64,000 bases of DNA from Octopus sinensis (lineage: Eukaryota), in NCBI RefSeq assembly GCF_006345805.1, contig NW_021833245.1, positions 19,815 to 83,814 on the forward strand, in the 5' to 3' direction. Positions 12,211 to 25,790 of this stretch are shown here, in pieces. Below the pieces are notes generated by a model. The model did no database searches. It was given only the letters and a program-made list of their open reading frames with translations, and was not told the origin of the DNA. The position numbers and the translations under genes were made by a program. Each line of letters begins with the position of its first letter. Within the stretch, counting starts at the first letter, position 1.

Positions 12211-13956
12211 CATACCCATATATATTTCCTTTCCACGTGTATATTCTCATTATCAGCAGCTGCTCAAATCTGTCGACAGGACATCATTTACTAATGAGGC
12301 ATAATGTCACAGCGGAAACACTTTTCAATAGGAACGTGTAAGAAAAATTATGCAAACAGATTAATGACAATCGATAAGATACTGTTTAGCGAAGCGATTT
12401 GATCGCTTATCGGGCTGCCGGGTCATAGATTCTTTGTTCTCACCTTGCTTCTGACGCAATTTCCCGAAGTTGCTATAAATACAGAACCGCTATGTGGGAT
12501 CCCTTTCGCGAACAATCTCCTTGCTATAAATTTGCCCCATCCCTTCTCTTCGTGTGCTTTATCACGAGGAAACATATAGACGATGGGTGGAGCTTCTAAG
12601 TGTGGTCGGATAAAGTTTCCTCGCAAGCCGTTAAGACGGGAATCCAGATGTTTGCTTATGTCCACATATGAGCCAGAAAACAGCAGTCACATCTTCACTA
12701 AAGTATACCGCATTATTTGTAAAATAGCAGCTAGAATTTCTGAATCCCTTTTCCACGAGAAGACTTGTAGGTGCTTGTCTGATATAGAACAGTAGCAGCT
12801 AAAATTTGTTGAAAAGTTTCTATGAAAAAGAAAGTATTATATGCGTTTGTAAGCACTAACAGAAATTAGCTTCTAAATCATCTTCAAACTATATCTAAAT
12901 GCTTTTAAAACGATTATGTCATGAATGTATTCGAAAGGACAAAATTTCTGCACAGAAAAAAAAAATATGTAAGAAACGATGTCAACCGTTTGAATATCTC
13001 TGTTCATATTCCTTTGCAATCATGATTAAATTGGTATTCATTAACAGCAAAGTACCAACAACGAAACTGAAAACTTAAACCAAATGATACACGACAGCCT
13101 TTTAGAGCTTACACGCTTGTGGTGGCTGCCCCCTCGTTATCGAGTATGGCCATTGCACGAAGCTTAACCAATGTTGTTATCGTGCAATGCCTGTGCAAGA
13201 CTTTTTTTAAAGTGAGGAAAGGATGTGCACTGAGTCAATCCCACTCACTAAGCAACAGCAGCCATAATCCGAAAAGAAGAACAAGTCAACATCATCGGTA
13301 ACCACTAAGCCGCAGTTTTATGTCGGAGTTATCCCTGTTACTTGAGTTACCTTCTCCTAGAAGGATGCCCTAACAACGGCTAGGAGTCCTTCACTCCCAG
13401 TAGTTTAACCGCGCGATCGGATATTCAGTCCGATTATTTCTGTCCCCGCGCATGATACAGCTTTAAGAATATTTATTGGATGGCCGTTGACTCTCAAGAG
13501 TTCCTCCACCCTTTGACAGGTTTTGTTTTTCATCCTGCAGGGTGTCCAAAAAACACCCTCTTCACAAAGCAAGCTTGGTGGGGTTGCCGGTTTAGACGCC
13601 GACGACCCTACCATGCAACAGGTTGTACTGGGTTACATGTCACCACTAGCACTCGAAAGTGACCTAACACGCTTGTATTGTACAAACAACAGTATAGCTA
13701 TGGCTAGGAAGATTTTAAAATAGTACTCGACCTCGAGATCTTCGCATTTCTTACAAAGAAAAACCCTCACTTCATAATTACAGGTTCTGGAGTTTGATTT
13801 CACTGCATAGATATTTACTACAACCTGAATTCGAGGCGTATGAGTGTCATGAGACAGACGGGATCTTTCTGCAATTTCGTCGGTGGATTTTACTTGTCAT
13901 TCAAGCGTGTAACATTGTCACTCACTGTGACACACTAACTATATTTGAAGGACTGT

Positions 13957-14252
13957 TTTCCGTCGGGTACGACGATGAGTGTTCTAGTTGATTCGATCAA
14001 CGGAACAGCATACTCCAGAAATTAACAAGTGGCTAATTACTCCACAGATACGCGTGTACTTAACGTAGTTCTCAGGGAGATTCAGCTTGCCACAAAATGG
14101 CCCTTTGACATACAGCTACAACTAATATTCACGAGCTGAGTTGACTGGAAGAATGTGAAATCAACTGTTTATTCTAAGACAACATGCAGCGCAGGTAACC
14201 GAACTCAAAACTTTACGATTGTGAGTCGAACATCTTAGCCACTGAGCTTTGT
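13957..14252 (-). mobile_element. SINE family C, diverged full-length copy
   Basis: Reverse-complement homology to 6195-6296 plus 6900-7125 (CCGTCGG...CGACGATGAG...TCAACGGAACAGC). Confidence 0.8.
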
Positions 14253-14409
14253 ACCGTCACGTACTTGAAGAGTATACTCAGCATATTACATGGAAAGGCA
14301 ATGAGCACGTGACATACTACTAGAGAGAATAACTTAAAACTCATCGTTGACATCGACGAAAATCCGTTTTAATAATTAGAACAAACAGGATATGAACAAT
14401 CGCAACTAC

Positions 14410-14827
14410 GTATTTCTTTACTGCCCCCAAGGGGCTAAACATAGAGGAGACAAACAAAGACAGACAAAGGGATTAAGGTAATTGCATCGACCCTAGTGCG
14501 CAACTGGTACTTAATTTATCGACCCTGAAAGGATGAAAGGCAAAGTCGACCTTGGCGGAATTTGAACTCAGAACGTAGCGACAGACAAAATACCTATTTC
14601 TTTACTACCCACAAGGGGCTAAACACAGAGAGGACAAACAAGGACAGACAAAGGGATTAAGTCGATTATATCGATCCCAGTGCGTAACTGGTACTTATTT
14701 AATCGACGCCGAAAGGAGGAAAAGCAAAGTCGACCTCAGTGGAATTTGAACTCAGAACGTAACGGCAGACGAAATACCGCTAAGCATTTCGCCCGGCATC
14801 CTAACGCGTCTGCCAGATCACCGCCCT
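14410..14827 (-). mobile_element. SINE family B dimer (one head, two bodies)
   Basis: Junction at 14594/14595; 14-bp TSD ACAATCGCAACTAC (14396-14409, 14828-14841). Confidence 0.92.
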
Positions 14828-14870
14828 ACAATCGCAACTACTCATCAACAGTGAAAAAGCTTAATCTACT

Positions 14871-15135
14871 TTGCTAGCAACTAGGATCACCAAACATAGA
14901 TTGACATATTTTGGTCTTATTATGCGGAAGAAATCCCTGGAGAAGGACATCATGCTTGGAATGGTCAGTGGCAAGAGAGGAAGAAGCCGACCAAGAACCC
15001 GCTGGCTTGACACCATCAAGAGTGACATGGGAATGGCCATGGCCAACCTGAAAGAAAGGACCCAGGATAGAACTGGCTGGAGAACACTGATCCATCGAGT
15101 AACAGAGAGCCGACTTCGACTGAGCGAATACTTAG
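14871..15135 (+). mobile_element. RTE/BovB-type LINE 3' fragment
   Basis: LTYFGLIMRKKSLEKDIMLGMVSGKRGRSRPRTRWLD...DRTGWRTLIHRVTESRLRL is the typical RTE-BovB ORF C-terminus. Confidence 0.88.
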
Positions 15136-16214
15136 TATCACATCGCTAGAGCGGGCGTTAGGCAATTCAAGTGGGAAACAAACCATTTTTTGTGTGGGAA
15201 AAATAATGTGTTATATTGGAGATACGTGGGAGAGAACATCTTGAAGAGAGGGAATTGAGAGAAGAGACACAACTTCTGAATAAGATAGTGAGTGAATGAG
15301 TGAGTGAGTGAGGCAAGAAATTATTATGCTGGGGGCAAAGTAAAGGAGTCGGTTATATGGTTGCCTCCAAACTTCCGTTTTCGGAGTTTGAACACACGAT
15401 CGAATCGCAGAGGTGCCTTCCAGCTATATACAACGTGATCATTTGATAGTAACGCTGGAGTAGCACATCTGTGTCTCTACAGCTCGGTACAAAGGCGATT
15501 TCTTACATGGAGAAAGAGACTGGGAATTGGACCCCATGGTAATTTGATCTTGTCGGAATTTAAACACAGAACCGGTAGGAATAAAGTAAGTAATTTTGTC
15601 AACCACGACTACTCTGGCAAAATGCCAAATTTTATCTTCTATACAATATGTCTGAAAACTAAATTAATGAAAAAGAGGGATAATTATGGCTGGGATGCAT
15701 TTTATCACAGTCTCGTTCAATCGTTATTCAACCCTAGATAAAACCATAATAAAATAAAATAAAATAAAATAAAACATACGTTAAGTGACTTGCATTAGAA
15801 GGAAATATATCGGAGTATCACTATGGCCCCTATGCGTCGTATAAATTAAATAAACAGATGAAAGAGGCGAGTCTACTACACGAATGGTTTAGCTATTATC
15901 AGCTATATACCAAGTCAGCAGAACGAAAGAATACTATTTGCTTAGAGACAATACAGAAAATCTAAATATCTGAATAGTTCACTTTTTTCACAAGCTCTCG
16001 GCAAAGTATCTAAACATTACATTAAATGGAAAAGAAAAAAAAAAGGAATACGCACGCATATACACACATATACACATATATGCGTACAGGCGCGTGTGCA
16101 CATGTGTGTATGTATATGTAATTAAAATTGAATATAGAGATTAGAGATTCCACATATATAGGAATGTTAGCTGCGACAATCGTTTATTTCAAATGTCAAA
16201 GCCTATATATATAT

Positions 16215-16262
<48 letters not shown>

Positions 16263-16267
16263 ATATA

Positions 16268-16299
<32 letters not shown>

Positions 16300-17005
16300 C
16301 TTTATAAAGACACACAAGTGTGTGTGTGTGTAGGTGTATGCGCAAATAAGAAACAATACGACAAAAATATATATATGAAAAATAAAGTACAATAAAATAA
16401 AAACTGGCAAGAACCAGACGAAACCAATATCCATTGTGAAAGCACTTTCCACCATATTAACCGGTTCAATGTCTGCTGAACATTTTATGAGTGAAACATA
16501 CGGTAGCATACATGCTCACGTACATTTATACACACTCATTATACATACACACGGTCACACATACATATTTACATACATACATACATAAAAAAATACATAC
16601 ATACAAAGACACGTAGATATGCTCACACTTACCACACACACGTTCTGGTAAATATAACATATGACATATATGCCTATGTGTTACTAAATGTGTGTATCGG
16701 TTTTAATGTGTGCTTCGTATATAATCATTCATAAAAGCAACGAAATACTATCTGAGAAGCAAAAGAAACAGAAAAAACAAAACAAAAGATTTTAGAAGAG
16801 TATAAAATTTACTGTACAAGGAAAAAAAGGTTTGCAGTAAAATGGAAGTTTTGCCTATTACCATTTTCTTCAGTGAGACGAAGCGACCAACGAGGGAATT
16901 TGGAAGGCACAGTCACACTTTTCCTTGTAAATACACACACACACACACAGAGACACGCGCGCATACACGCACGCTCGCACACATACAGTAATTATATAAC
17001 TGACA

Positions 17006-17424
17006 CGAAGGCGGCGAGCTGGCAAAAACGTTAGCACGCCGGGCGTAATGCTTAGCGGTATTTCGTCTGCCACTACGTTCTAAGTTCAAATTCCGCCGAG
17101 GTCGACTTTGTCTTTCATCCTTTCGGGGTCGATAAATTAAGTACCAGTTACGCACTGGGGTCAATATAATCGACTTAATACCTATGTATGTCCTTGTTTG
17201 TCCCTTCTATGTTTAGCCCCTTGTGTGTAATAAAGAAATAGGTATTTCGTCTGCCGCTACGTGCTGAGTTCAAATTCCGCCGAGTTCGACTTTGCCTTTT
17301 ATCCTTTCGGGGTCGATTAAATAAGTACCAGTTACGCACTGGGGTCAATGTAATCGACTTAATCCGTTTGTCTGTCCTTGTTTGTCCCCTCTGTGTTTAG
17401 CCCCTTGTGGGCAATAAAGAAATC
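17006..17424 (+). mobile_element. SINE family B dimer (one head, two bodies)
   Basis: Junction AAAGAAATA|GGTATTTCGTC at 17240/17241; 13-bp TSD TATATAACTGACA (16993-17005, 17425-17437). Confidence 0.92.
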
Positions 17425-18067
17425 TATATAACTGACATGTTGGATAGTTTGAAGTACGGTGTGAATAATACCAGGTCTTCCCAGCACTACACAGAAATAC
17501 AGAAGCGCTATGATGTAGCTACCGTCCCATCTTCAAGTATTCTTATTTAAGCTGATGCACACACACAGGAACACCGATACAATCTCACACACACCCTCAG
17601 AAATGTCTAACAGACACGCCCACTTACATATAATTTCTCATTCCTAAATCAATTGCTTACATCCTGAAAATATTTCTAACGATAGAAGGTGTTGACCAGA
17701 GGAGAATAGTTTTAAAACCTCCCACGTATCATGTCCAGCGAAGCTACTATAACGAAGGACACAGAAAACAATTTACTTATAGATGTACCTAAAATTATTT
17801 CCTTGGTACGCTCATATTTTACGAAGATATATTCATATTATTCGCCCCGTTCGTTTGGCACAGTCAAAGCGCTTTTACAGCACACACACACACACACACA
17901 CACACAACAATGATAGGGATTCGAAGTATCAAATAGATCTCACATTAAGCGCTTCAATAACAAGACTATGAAACAGCTGTAAACGAATGGAATAAAGATC
18001 CACTCTTCCCTAAATTTACATACATATTCCATATGTTCCCCACACTCACACACATATTGTATTTCAT

Positions 18068-18290
18068 TTTTTATCTTTTACTTATTTCAGCCATTAAACT
18101 ACAGCCATCCTGGGTCACAGCTTTGAAGGGTTTTAGTCGGACGAATCGATCCAAGAAATTAATATTTTATAGCTTGGTACTTATTGTATCAGCGTGTTTT
18201 GCTGAATCCCTAAATTACGTGGGCATAAGCAAACCAAGGCCGGCTGTTGAGCGGTGTTGGGGAAGAAAACAAACAAAAGATTCACAATTT
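18068..18290 (-). mobile_element. SINE family A, old 3' half
   Basis: Diverged match to the family A tail. Confidence 0.7.
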
Positions 18291-19741
18291 CATTTCTATC
18301 AGTGAATGTGTTCTCTGTAAATTCTATCTCATAATTTTCTCTACATTTTCCTGATGTCTTTTTCACTCTGTACAGATTCACCTTCACATGAGTATTTCCA
18401 GGAGAAGGTTCTTGTAATGTTCCTGTTCCCTTTCATATTAATTCGTTCAAGTTGAGTTGTAATTCAGTTGCGATAGATTTCTAAACATCTATACCTAACT
18501 TTAACATTGCACTTATCGAAAAAATAATTGAATTGCTTGTTTCGTTTCTCTTGAAAGGTAAGGAACATCATTATCATGTGCTTTTAGCCTAATAAAGTGA
18601 ATCGTAATGAAGTTTTATTCTCCTGTTTTCTTTAAAACCTATTTGTGTATCTCATGTTTTTGGCCTGGAAATTTAAAGAAATTTGTCCAAGAATATATTG
18701 AGATTAGAGTAATGCCACTGAAGACTACTACAACTAGCAGCTCTATCTAACATATAGCTCACCCCGTTTCTTCATATACTAATAAACGTCATCGATATAC
18801 TGGGGCTTAGGTCTTATTCATGAAAGTTGAGATTTTCGTTCTGCTTCGCAATCAGAATCCTCACCATCCTCCTCCACTTCCTCTTATTGCCCTTCCCCTT
18901 ATTCCTCTTCCGTCTTCTCCTCCTAATCCTCATTATCATCAAAAAATAATTGATGCAATAGAGTATACTAGCCATCTCAATATGGCTAACTCAATATGCA
19001 AATTCGCCCTGCTTCGCTTTATTGCTTTGTTTTGAAGACAGAGGTAGTGCATCTGTCCCCCCCCCACTGAATCTCAGAAATCAGAGATATTTACACTATT
19101 GGTGTTCTTCTTGCATATTTACAAACGAATCTTTACCAATATCCTTTATATATTTTGCAAACTTTTCCCGCAAATCATAACCGGATATCTAAAACAGAGG
19201 ACTCATTACACGTTGTAGTCTCTGATAAAAGATCTCTGTCCACTAAAAGTAAAAATAAGCGGATGGTTATAATAGAAAAAATTATCTTTTATTATTGTAC
19301 TTTGACGTGATTCGGATGGATCTATGGTTAAAAAAAAACAACAACAAAGAAACGGAGGAGAGGGGTGTAAATGCAAAACACCGCACTAGTTAGAAACATC
19401 AGACAGATACTAAAATCAGACATTTTCACTTTAAAATATGACGCAAAATTAAATAAAACACTTTGGCAATATAATTCCAGATATATTCTGAATATAAAAT
19501 AACGATGGACAGTCACACATAAATGAATTTTGACCATGTATATTTACACTGTTATTGCTGCCTAGGGTTTAACAACGCCGACAATAAAAAGTGGGAGCAA
19601 AGAAGACAGGATGTTGAATACTATAACAGAATTTCACATCTCCTATTATGTGTGCCAAAAACAAAAAAAAAAAAAAGTTTTTGCTGGTGTCGTATATATC
19701 AGAAAGTTATGAATGTCTTTTAGAAGCAGCAGTGAGTTGAA

Positions 19742-19844
19742 AGATATATAGTACTTTATCCTAGATATATAGTACTTTATCCTAGATATATAGTATTTTA
19801 TCCTAGATATATAGTACTTTATCCTAGATATATAGTACTTTATC
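19742..19844. repeat. 21-bp minisatellite, ~5 copies (AGATATATAGTACTTTATCCT)
   Basis: Direct reading; one substitution in copy 3. Confidence 0.97.
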
Positions 19845-20306
19845 AACCATATTCAAGCACTTTATTAAAATAAAAAGAAGCATAGCTCGACATTCAACAA
19901 AAAAGAAACGAAATAGAAAAATGTAAAAGAAAAATTTGTTTACGGTACTGTCCGAATGATTTATGTCAAACTGTTTTTTCTAATATGTATTAGTGGCAGC
20001 ATTAATAACGAGAGGTGATATCTATTCCCACTTAACGTGAATGTACTGTTCCAACATTGCAGTGAAAACATTGAGAGGATCTCAAAATGCAAGCTTGTTC
20101 ATATCACCGGCGGGAGATAAATTTCCCTCCAACTCCAGCCTCAAGATCACGTGATTTCAACTTTCCTTGATCTCATCAGCAATGGACGCTCAACCGACAG
20201 AGATAGAGATAGAGATAGCAGCAACTCACCTCCTCGTTAGTGATGTATAGAGAATCAAGGCCAGAACAGGTACTGGTATCGCAATTAGCCAATGACCTTC
20301 TGAAAA

Positions 20307-20342
<36 letters not shown>

Positions 20343-21133
20343 CGACAGTATTAATGGTGAGGCAGTATTGATACTGGAGATAAAATTTATTGCCACTTTA
20401 AACGTGTTTTCGGCACACAGAATAATTACACCTTTTTGAGAAATTTAAGTACCTCACTTTCATGTAACTATGCTAATAATGGTGTTTGTGTGTGTGCAAT
20501 TGAAAAACATTAGAGGCAAAATGAAGGAGTACGGTTGGGCATTTATTTTCAATCACTACAATTGTTTCTATACAACGTAGTACTCCAGGCGTGCAGGTAC
20601 TTAGTTATGCAACCGATTCCCTGCTTTATACTTAGCTGTATTACGTCAGGCGATATATAAATATTGTTTCCATAAGATTAGATTCTCGGCTTCAAGGGTA
20701 TCCTGTTTGTCTCTTGTGGCCTGGAGTTAGTAGCAGCCACTGAGTTTCATGAACCGTCGGCGTATATTCAATCATTTATTTACACGCGACAGAAGCTCAA
20801 ACACAAACCTAGAAGCCTGGAAGTACGTATAATATTATTACTGGAAAGCACTGGGTGAAATCTGAAAGTGGACGAGCTGTATACTGTATTGTACTACGTT
20901 CTTAACAGAATGTCGTATAACTATATATATCAAAACTTTGATGTCACGTTAGAGGCATTGGAGACCTGACTAACATTGAAATTTCTAGCAAAACACAATA
21001 TTGGGCTACGAGATGTCTGTTAGCGAAATCCACATGAATGAATATGAGTAATCGAGTGCGGGCGACAGCCTTTTCGTGTTTACACAAAATGCCGGATAGA
21101 ACAGCAAAGATTTTTCACATGATTTTAATGAAT

Positions 21134-21342
21134 TCTTTATTCTTTTATTCGTTTCAATCATTTGACTGTGGCCATGCTAGAGCACCACCTTTAGTCGAAC
21201 AAACCGATCCCAGGACTTATTCTCTGTAAGCCTAGTACTTATTCTATCGGTTCTTTTTACCGAACTCCTAAATTACGGGAACATAAACACACCAAAATCT
21301 GTTGTCAAGAGATGGTGGGGGACTAATAGACATATACACACA

Positions 21343-21381
<39 letters not shown>

Positions 21382-21540
21382 CAGGCTTTCAGTTTCCATC
21401 TACCAAATACACTCACAAGGCTATAGTCGGTCTGAGGTTATAGTAGAAGACACTTGCCCAATGTGCCACACAGTGGGACTGAACCCGAAAGCATATGGTT
21501 GGTAAGCAAGCTACGTACCACACAGCCACGCTTGCACCTA
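21134..21540 (-). mobile_element. SINE family A, full length
   Basis: Head, CORE-like motif, internal (TA)n and tail all present. Confidence 0.88.
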
Positions 21541-21929
21541 TGTTTACGATCTCTTATAGTTTTAACGATGAGCTTTCATTGATTAAGTGCGCTATCAACG
21601 CCGAAGTGAGGTACATGTACTTTTTAGTTAATTATCTGACCAAAATCAGGATGACAATTTAGAGACGAGGATCAACTTCTGTATTACATGGCTAATCCAT
21701 CCAACGGCTTCTACTTCTGTTGTTTTGAATGCAAAAAAAAAGTGAAATAATTGATATGGCAATGTCTGCGAATATTAGTATTGGAATAATGAAAGAAAAT
21801 AATAAAAAGTGAGACAAAGAGATACATCGGTATCTCAAGCGAGAAATTGCAAATACGTGGTTACGAAAGAAAATGGATGTAATATAAACAGTGACTGAAT
21901 TTCATGGAATGATATCTAATAAATCAGAC

Positions 21930-21948
21930 GAAAGAGAAAACTATAGTA

Positions 21949-21990
<42 letters not shown>

Positions 21991-22230
21991 GTAGTAGTAG
22001 TAGTAGTATTAATAATAATGATAATAATAGTATTAGTAGTAGTAGTAATAATAATAATAATAATGATAATAGTAATAGTAGTATTAATAATAATGATGAT
22101 AATAATAGTAGTAGTAATAATAATAATAATGATGATAATAATAGTAATAGTAGTAGTAATAATACTAATGATGATGATAATAGTAGAAGTAATAACACTA
22201 ATGATGTTGATAATAGTAATAGAAGAAGAA
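21930..22230. repeat. (AAT/AGT/GAT)n compound microsatellite
   Basis: Direct reading. Confidence 0.95.
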
Positions 22231-25200
22231 GAAGAAGAACACATAGAATTCTTTCAATACATGGAAAATTCGAGGACCACAACAAACCACAGCATATAAC
22301 CAAGGCATACAGAGCTGCGCTCGGTCGTACAGTAAAAGCATGCCATAAAAATAAGACAACTGAATAATAATAATAATTATAATAATATATGAATAATATC
22401 TCCAGTTGGTGTATTAATATGACAGTACCGGTAATTCTAAAAGCTAACTCAGTTTTCTGCCTTCTGTCTTTAGGCAGCCAACACATTCTGTGCAGTGGTG
22501 TGGTAGGGAAAGGTGCTGGTGAGTGAAATGTGTAATTTTAAAAAAAACTTTTTCTTTTTTCTCCGTTGTTTAGCCCGTCTGTAAATCTTTCACGGAATTA
22601 GTTGAAGGGAAATGCGAAGTACGAGAGAAAAAGAGGGAGAAAGAAAAAGGAGAGAGAAAAAAGAGGCTAAAACGAAGAGTGAGGAGAAAGAGTGAATGTG
22701 CTGTGTATTAAGTCTATAAAATTGTGCATAAATTATGTAGAGACTATATATAATGTGTATATATCAATTGCATTATGTAAGTGTATATATAAATTGCTTA
22801 TAGGTATATATATAAATTGCATCGATCTCGAATAAGTTTACCATCAATTCTGTGATATATCCACGGGTCCTGCTAGTAATAATAATAATAATAATAATTT
22901 AAAAAATAATAATAACAACAATAATAATAGTAATGATACTAATAATAGTTATGATAATAATGATAATAATGATAGTAATGATAATAATGTTAGTATGATA
23001 ATAATGTTAGTAATGAAAATAATGTTAGTAATGATAATAATGTTAGTAATGATAATAATTTAGTAATGATAATAATGATAGTAATGATAATAATGTAGTA
23101 ATGATAATAATGTTAGTAATGATAATAATGTTAGTAATGATAATAATGATAATAATGATAATAATGTTAGTAATGATAATAATGTAGTAATGATAATAAT
23201 GTTAGTAATGATAATAATGATAGTTATGATAATAATGATAGTAATGATAATAATGATAGTAATGATAATAATGTTAGTAATGATAATAATGTTAGTAATG
23301 ATAATAATGTTAGTAATGATAATAATGTTAGTAATGATAATAATGATAGTAATGATAATAATGATAGTAATGATATAATGTTAGTAATGATAATAATGTT
23401 AGTAATGATAATAATGTTAGTAATGATAATAATGATAATAATGATAATAATGTTAGTAATGATAATAATGTTAGTAATGATAATAATGTTAGTATGATAA
23501 TAATGTTAGTAATGATAATAATGTTAGTAATGATAATAATGATATAGTAATAGTAGTATTAATAATATGATGATAATAATAGTAGTAGTAATAATAATAA
23601 TAATGATGATAATAATAGTAATAGTAGTAGTAATAATACTAATGATGATGATAATAGTAGAAGTAATAACACTAATGATGTTGATAATAGTAATAGAAGA
23701 AGAAGAAGAAGAACACATAGAATTCTTTCAATACATGGAAAATTCGAGGACCACAACAAACCACAGCATATAACCAAGGCATACAGAGCTGCGCTCGGTC
23801 GTACAGTAAAAGCATGCCATAAAAATAAGACAACTGAATAATAATAATAATTATAATAATATATGAATAATATCTCCAGTTGGTGTATTAATATGACAGT
23901 ACCGGTAATTCTAAAAGCTAACTCAGTTTTCTGCCTTCTGTCTTTAGGCAGCCAACACATTCTGTGCAGTGGTGTGGTAGGGAAAGGTGCTGGTGAGTGA
24001 AATGTGTAATTTTTAAAAAAAACTTTTTCTTTTTTCTCCGTTGTTTAGCCCGTCTGTAAATCTTTCACGGAATTAGTTGAAGGGAAATGCGAAGTACGAG
24101 AGAAAAAGAGGGAGAAAGAAAAAGGAGAGAGAAAAAAGAGGCTAAAACGAAGAGTGAGGGAGAAAGAGTGAATGTGCTGTGTATTAAGTCTATAAAATTG
24201 TGCATAAATTATGTAGAGACTATATATAATGTGTATATATCAATTGCATTATGTAAGTGTATATATAAATTGCTTATAGGTATATATATAAATTGCATCG
24301 ATCTCGAATAAGTTTACCATCAATTCTGTGATATATCCACGGGTCCTGCTAGTAATAATAAATAATAATAATAATTTAAAAAATAATAATAACAACAATA
24401 ATAATAGTAATGATACTAATAATAGTTATGATAATAATGATAATAATGATAGTAATGATAATAATGTTAGTAATGATAATAATGTTAGTAATGAAAATAA
24501 TGTTAGTAATGATAATAATGTTAGTAATGATAATAATGTTAGTAATGATAATAATGATAGTAATGATAATAATGTTAGTAATGATAATAATGTTAGTAAT
24601 GATAATAATGTTAGTAATGATAATAATGATAATAATGATAATAATGTTAGTAATGATAATAATGTTAGTAATGATAATAATGTTAGTAATGATAATAATG
24701 ATAGTTATGATAATAATGATAGTAATGATAATAATGATAGTAATGATAATAATGTTAGTAATGATAATAATGTTAGTAATGATAATAATGTTAGTAATGA
24801 TAATAATGTTAGTAATGATAATAATGATAGTAATGATAATAATGATAGTAATGATAATAATGTTAGTAATGATAATAATGTTAGTAATGATAATAATGTT
24901 AGTAATGATAATAATGATAATAATGATAATAATGTTAGTAATGATAATAATGTTAGTAATGATAATAATGATAATAATGATAGTAATGATAATAATGATA
25001 GTAATGATAAAATGTTAGTAATGATAATAATGTTAGTAATGATAATAATGTTAGTAATGATAATAATGATAATAATGATAATAATGTTAGTAATGATAAT
25101 AATGTTAGTAATGATAATAATGTTAGTAATGATAATAATGTAGTAATGATAATAATGTTAGTAATGATAATAATGATAGTAATGATAATAATGTTAGTAA

Positions 25201-25790
25201 TGATAATAGTTAGTAATGATAATAATGATAGTAATGATAATAATGATAGTAATGATAATAATGATAGTAATGATAATAATGTTAGTAATGATAATAATGT
25301 TAGTAATGATAATAATTAGTAATGATAATAATGTTAGTAATGATAATAATGTTAGTAATGATAATAATTTAGTAATGATAATAATGTTAGTAATGCTAAT
25401 AATGTTAGTAATGATAATAATGTTAGTAATGATAATAATGTTAGTAATGATAATAATGATAGTAATGATAATAATGTTAGTAATGATAATAATGTTAGTA
25501 ATGATAATAATGTTAGTAATGATAATAATGTTAGTAATGATAATAATGTTAGTAATGATAATAATGTTAGTAATGATAATAATGATAGTAATGATAATAA
25601 TGTTAGTAATGATAATAATGTTAGTAATGATAATAATGTTAGTAATGATAATAATGTTAGTAATGATAATAATGATAGTAATGATAATAATGTTAGTAAT
25701 GATAATAATGTTAGTAATGATAATAATGTTAGTAATGATAATAATGATAGTAATGATAATAATAATAATGATGATAATAATAATAATGAT
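22065..25790 (+). repeat. Tandem duplication, offset ~1474 bp (copy 1 ~22065-23540; copy 2 from ~23541 with a longer satellite)
   Basis: Unique core 22230-22880 is repeated at 23704-24355, differing mainly by single-base indels. Confidence 0.9.
22230..22385 (+). mobile_element. Dong/R4 3' UTR fragment with (TAA)n tail
   Basis: Homologous to the 3' end at 27470-27592 (CCAAGGCAYACAGAGCTG...ATAAAAATAA...TAATAA); duplicated at 23704-23860. Confidence 0.75.

Noticed and set aside
9716-12294. Long Y/I/H/T/V/C/M-rich ORFs (also at 42-43, 47, 50-52, 56, 58 and 62-63 kb)
   Set aside because: Translations of (TA)/(CA)/(TACA) microsatellites, open in several frames on both strands
18840-18950. Acidic D/E-rich minus-strand stretch as a transposase N-terminus
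   Set aside because: Several stops and no adjoining catalytic motifs; indistinguishable from a purine-rich low-complexity tract
20150-20182. CTGATGA-GATCAAG-GAAA on the minus strand as a hammerhead
   Set aside because: Stem II cannot pair and no convincing stems I/III
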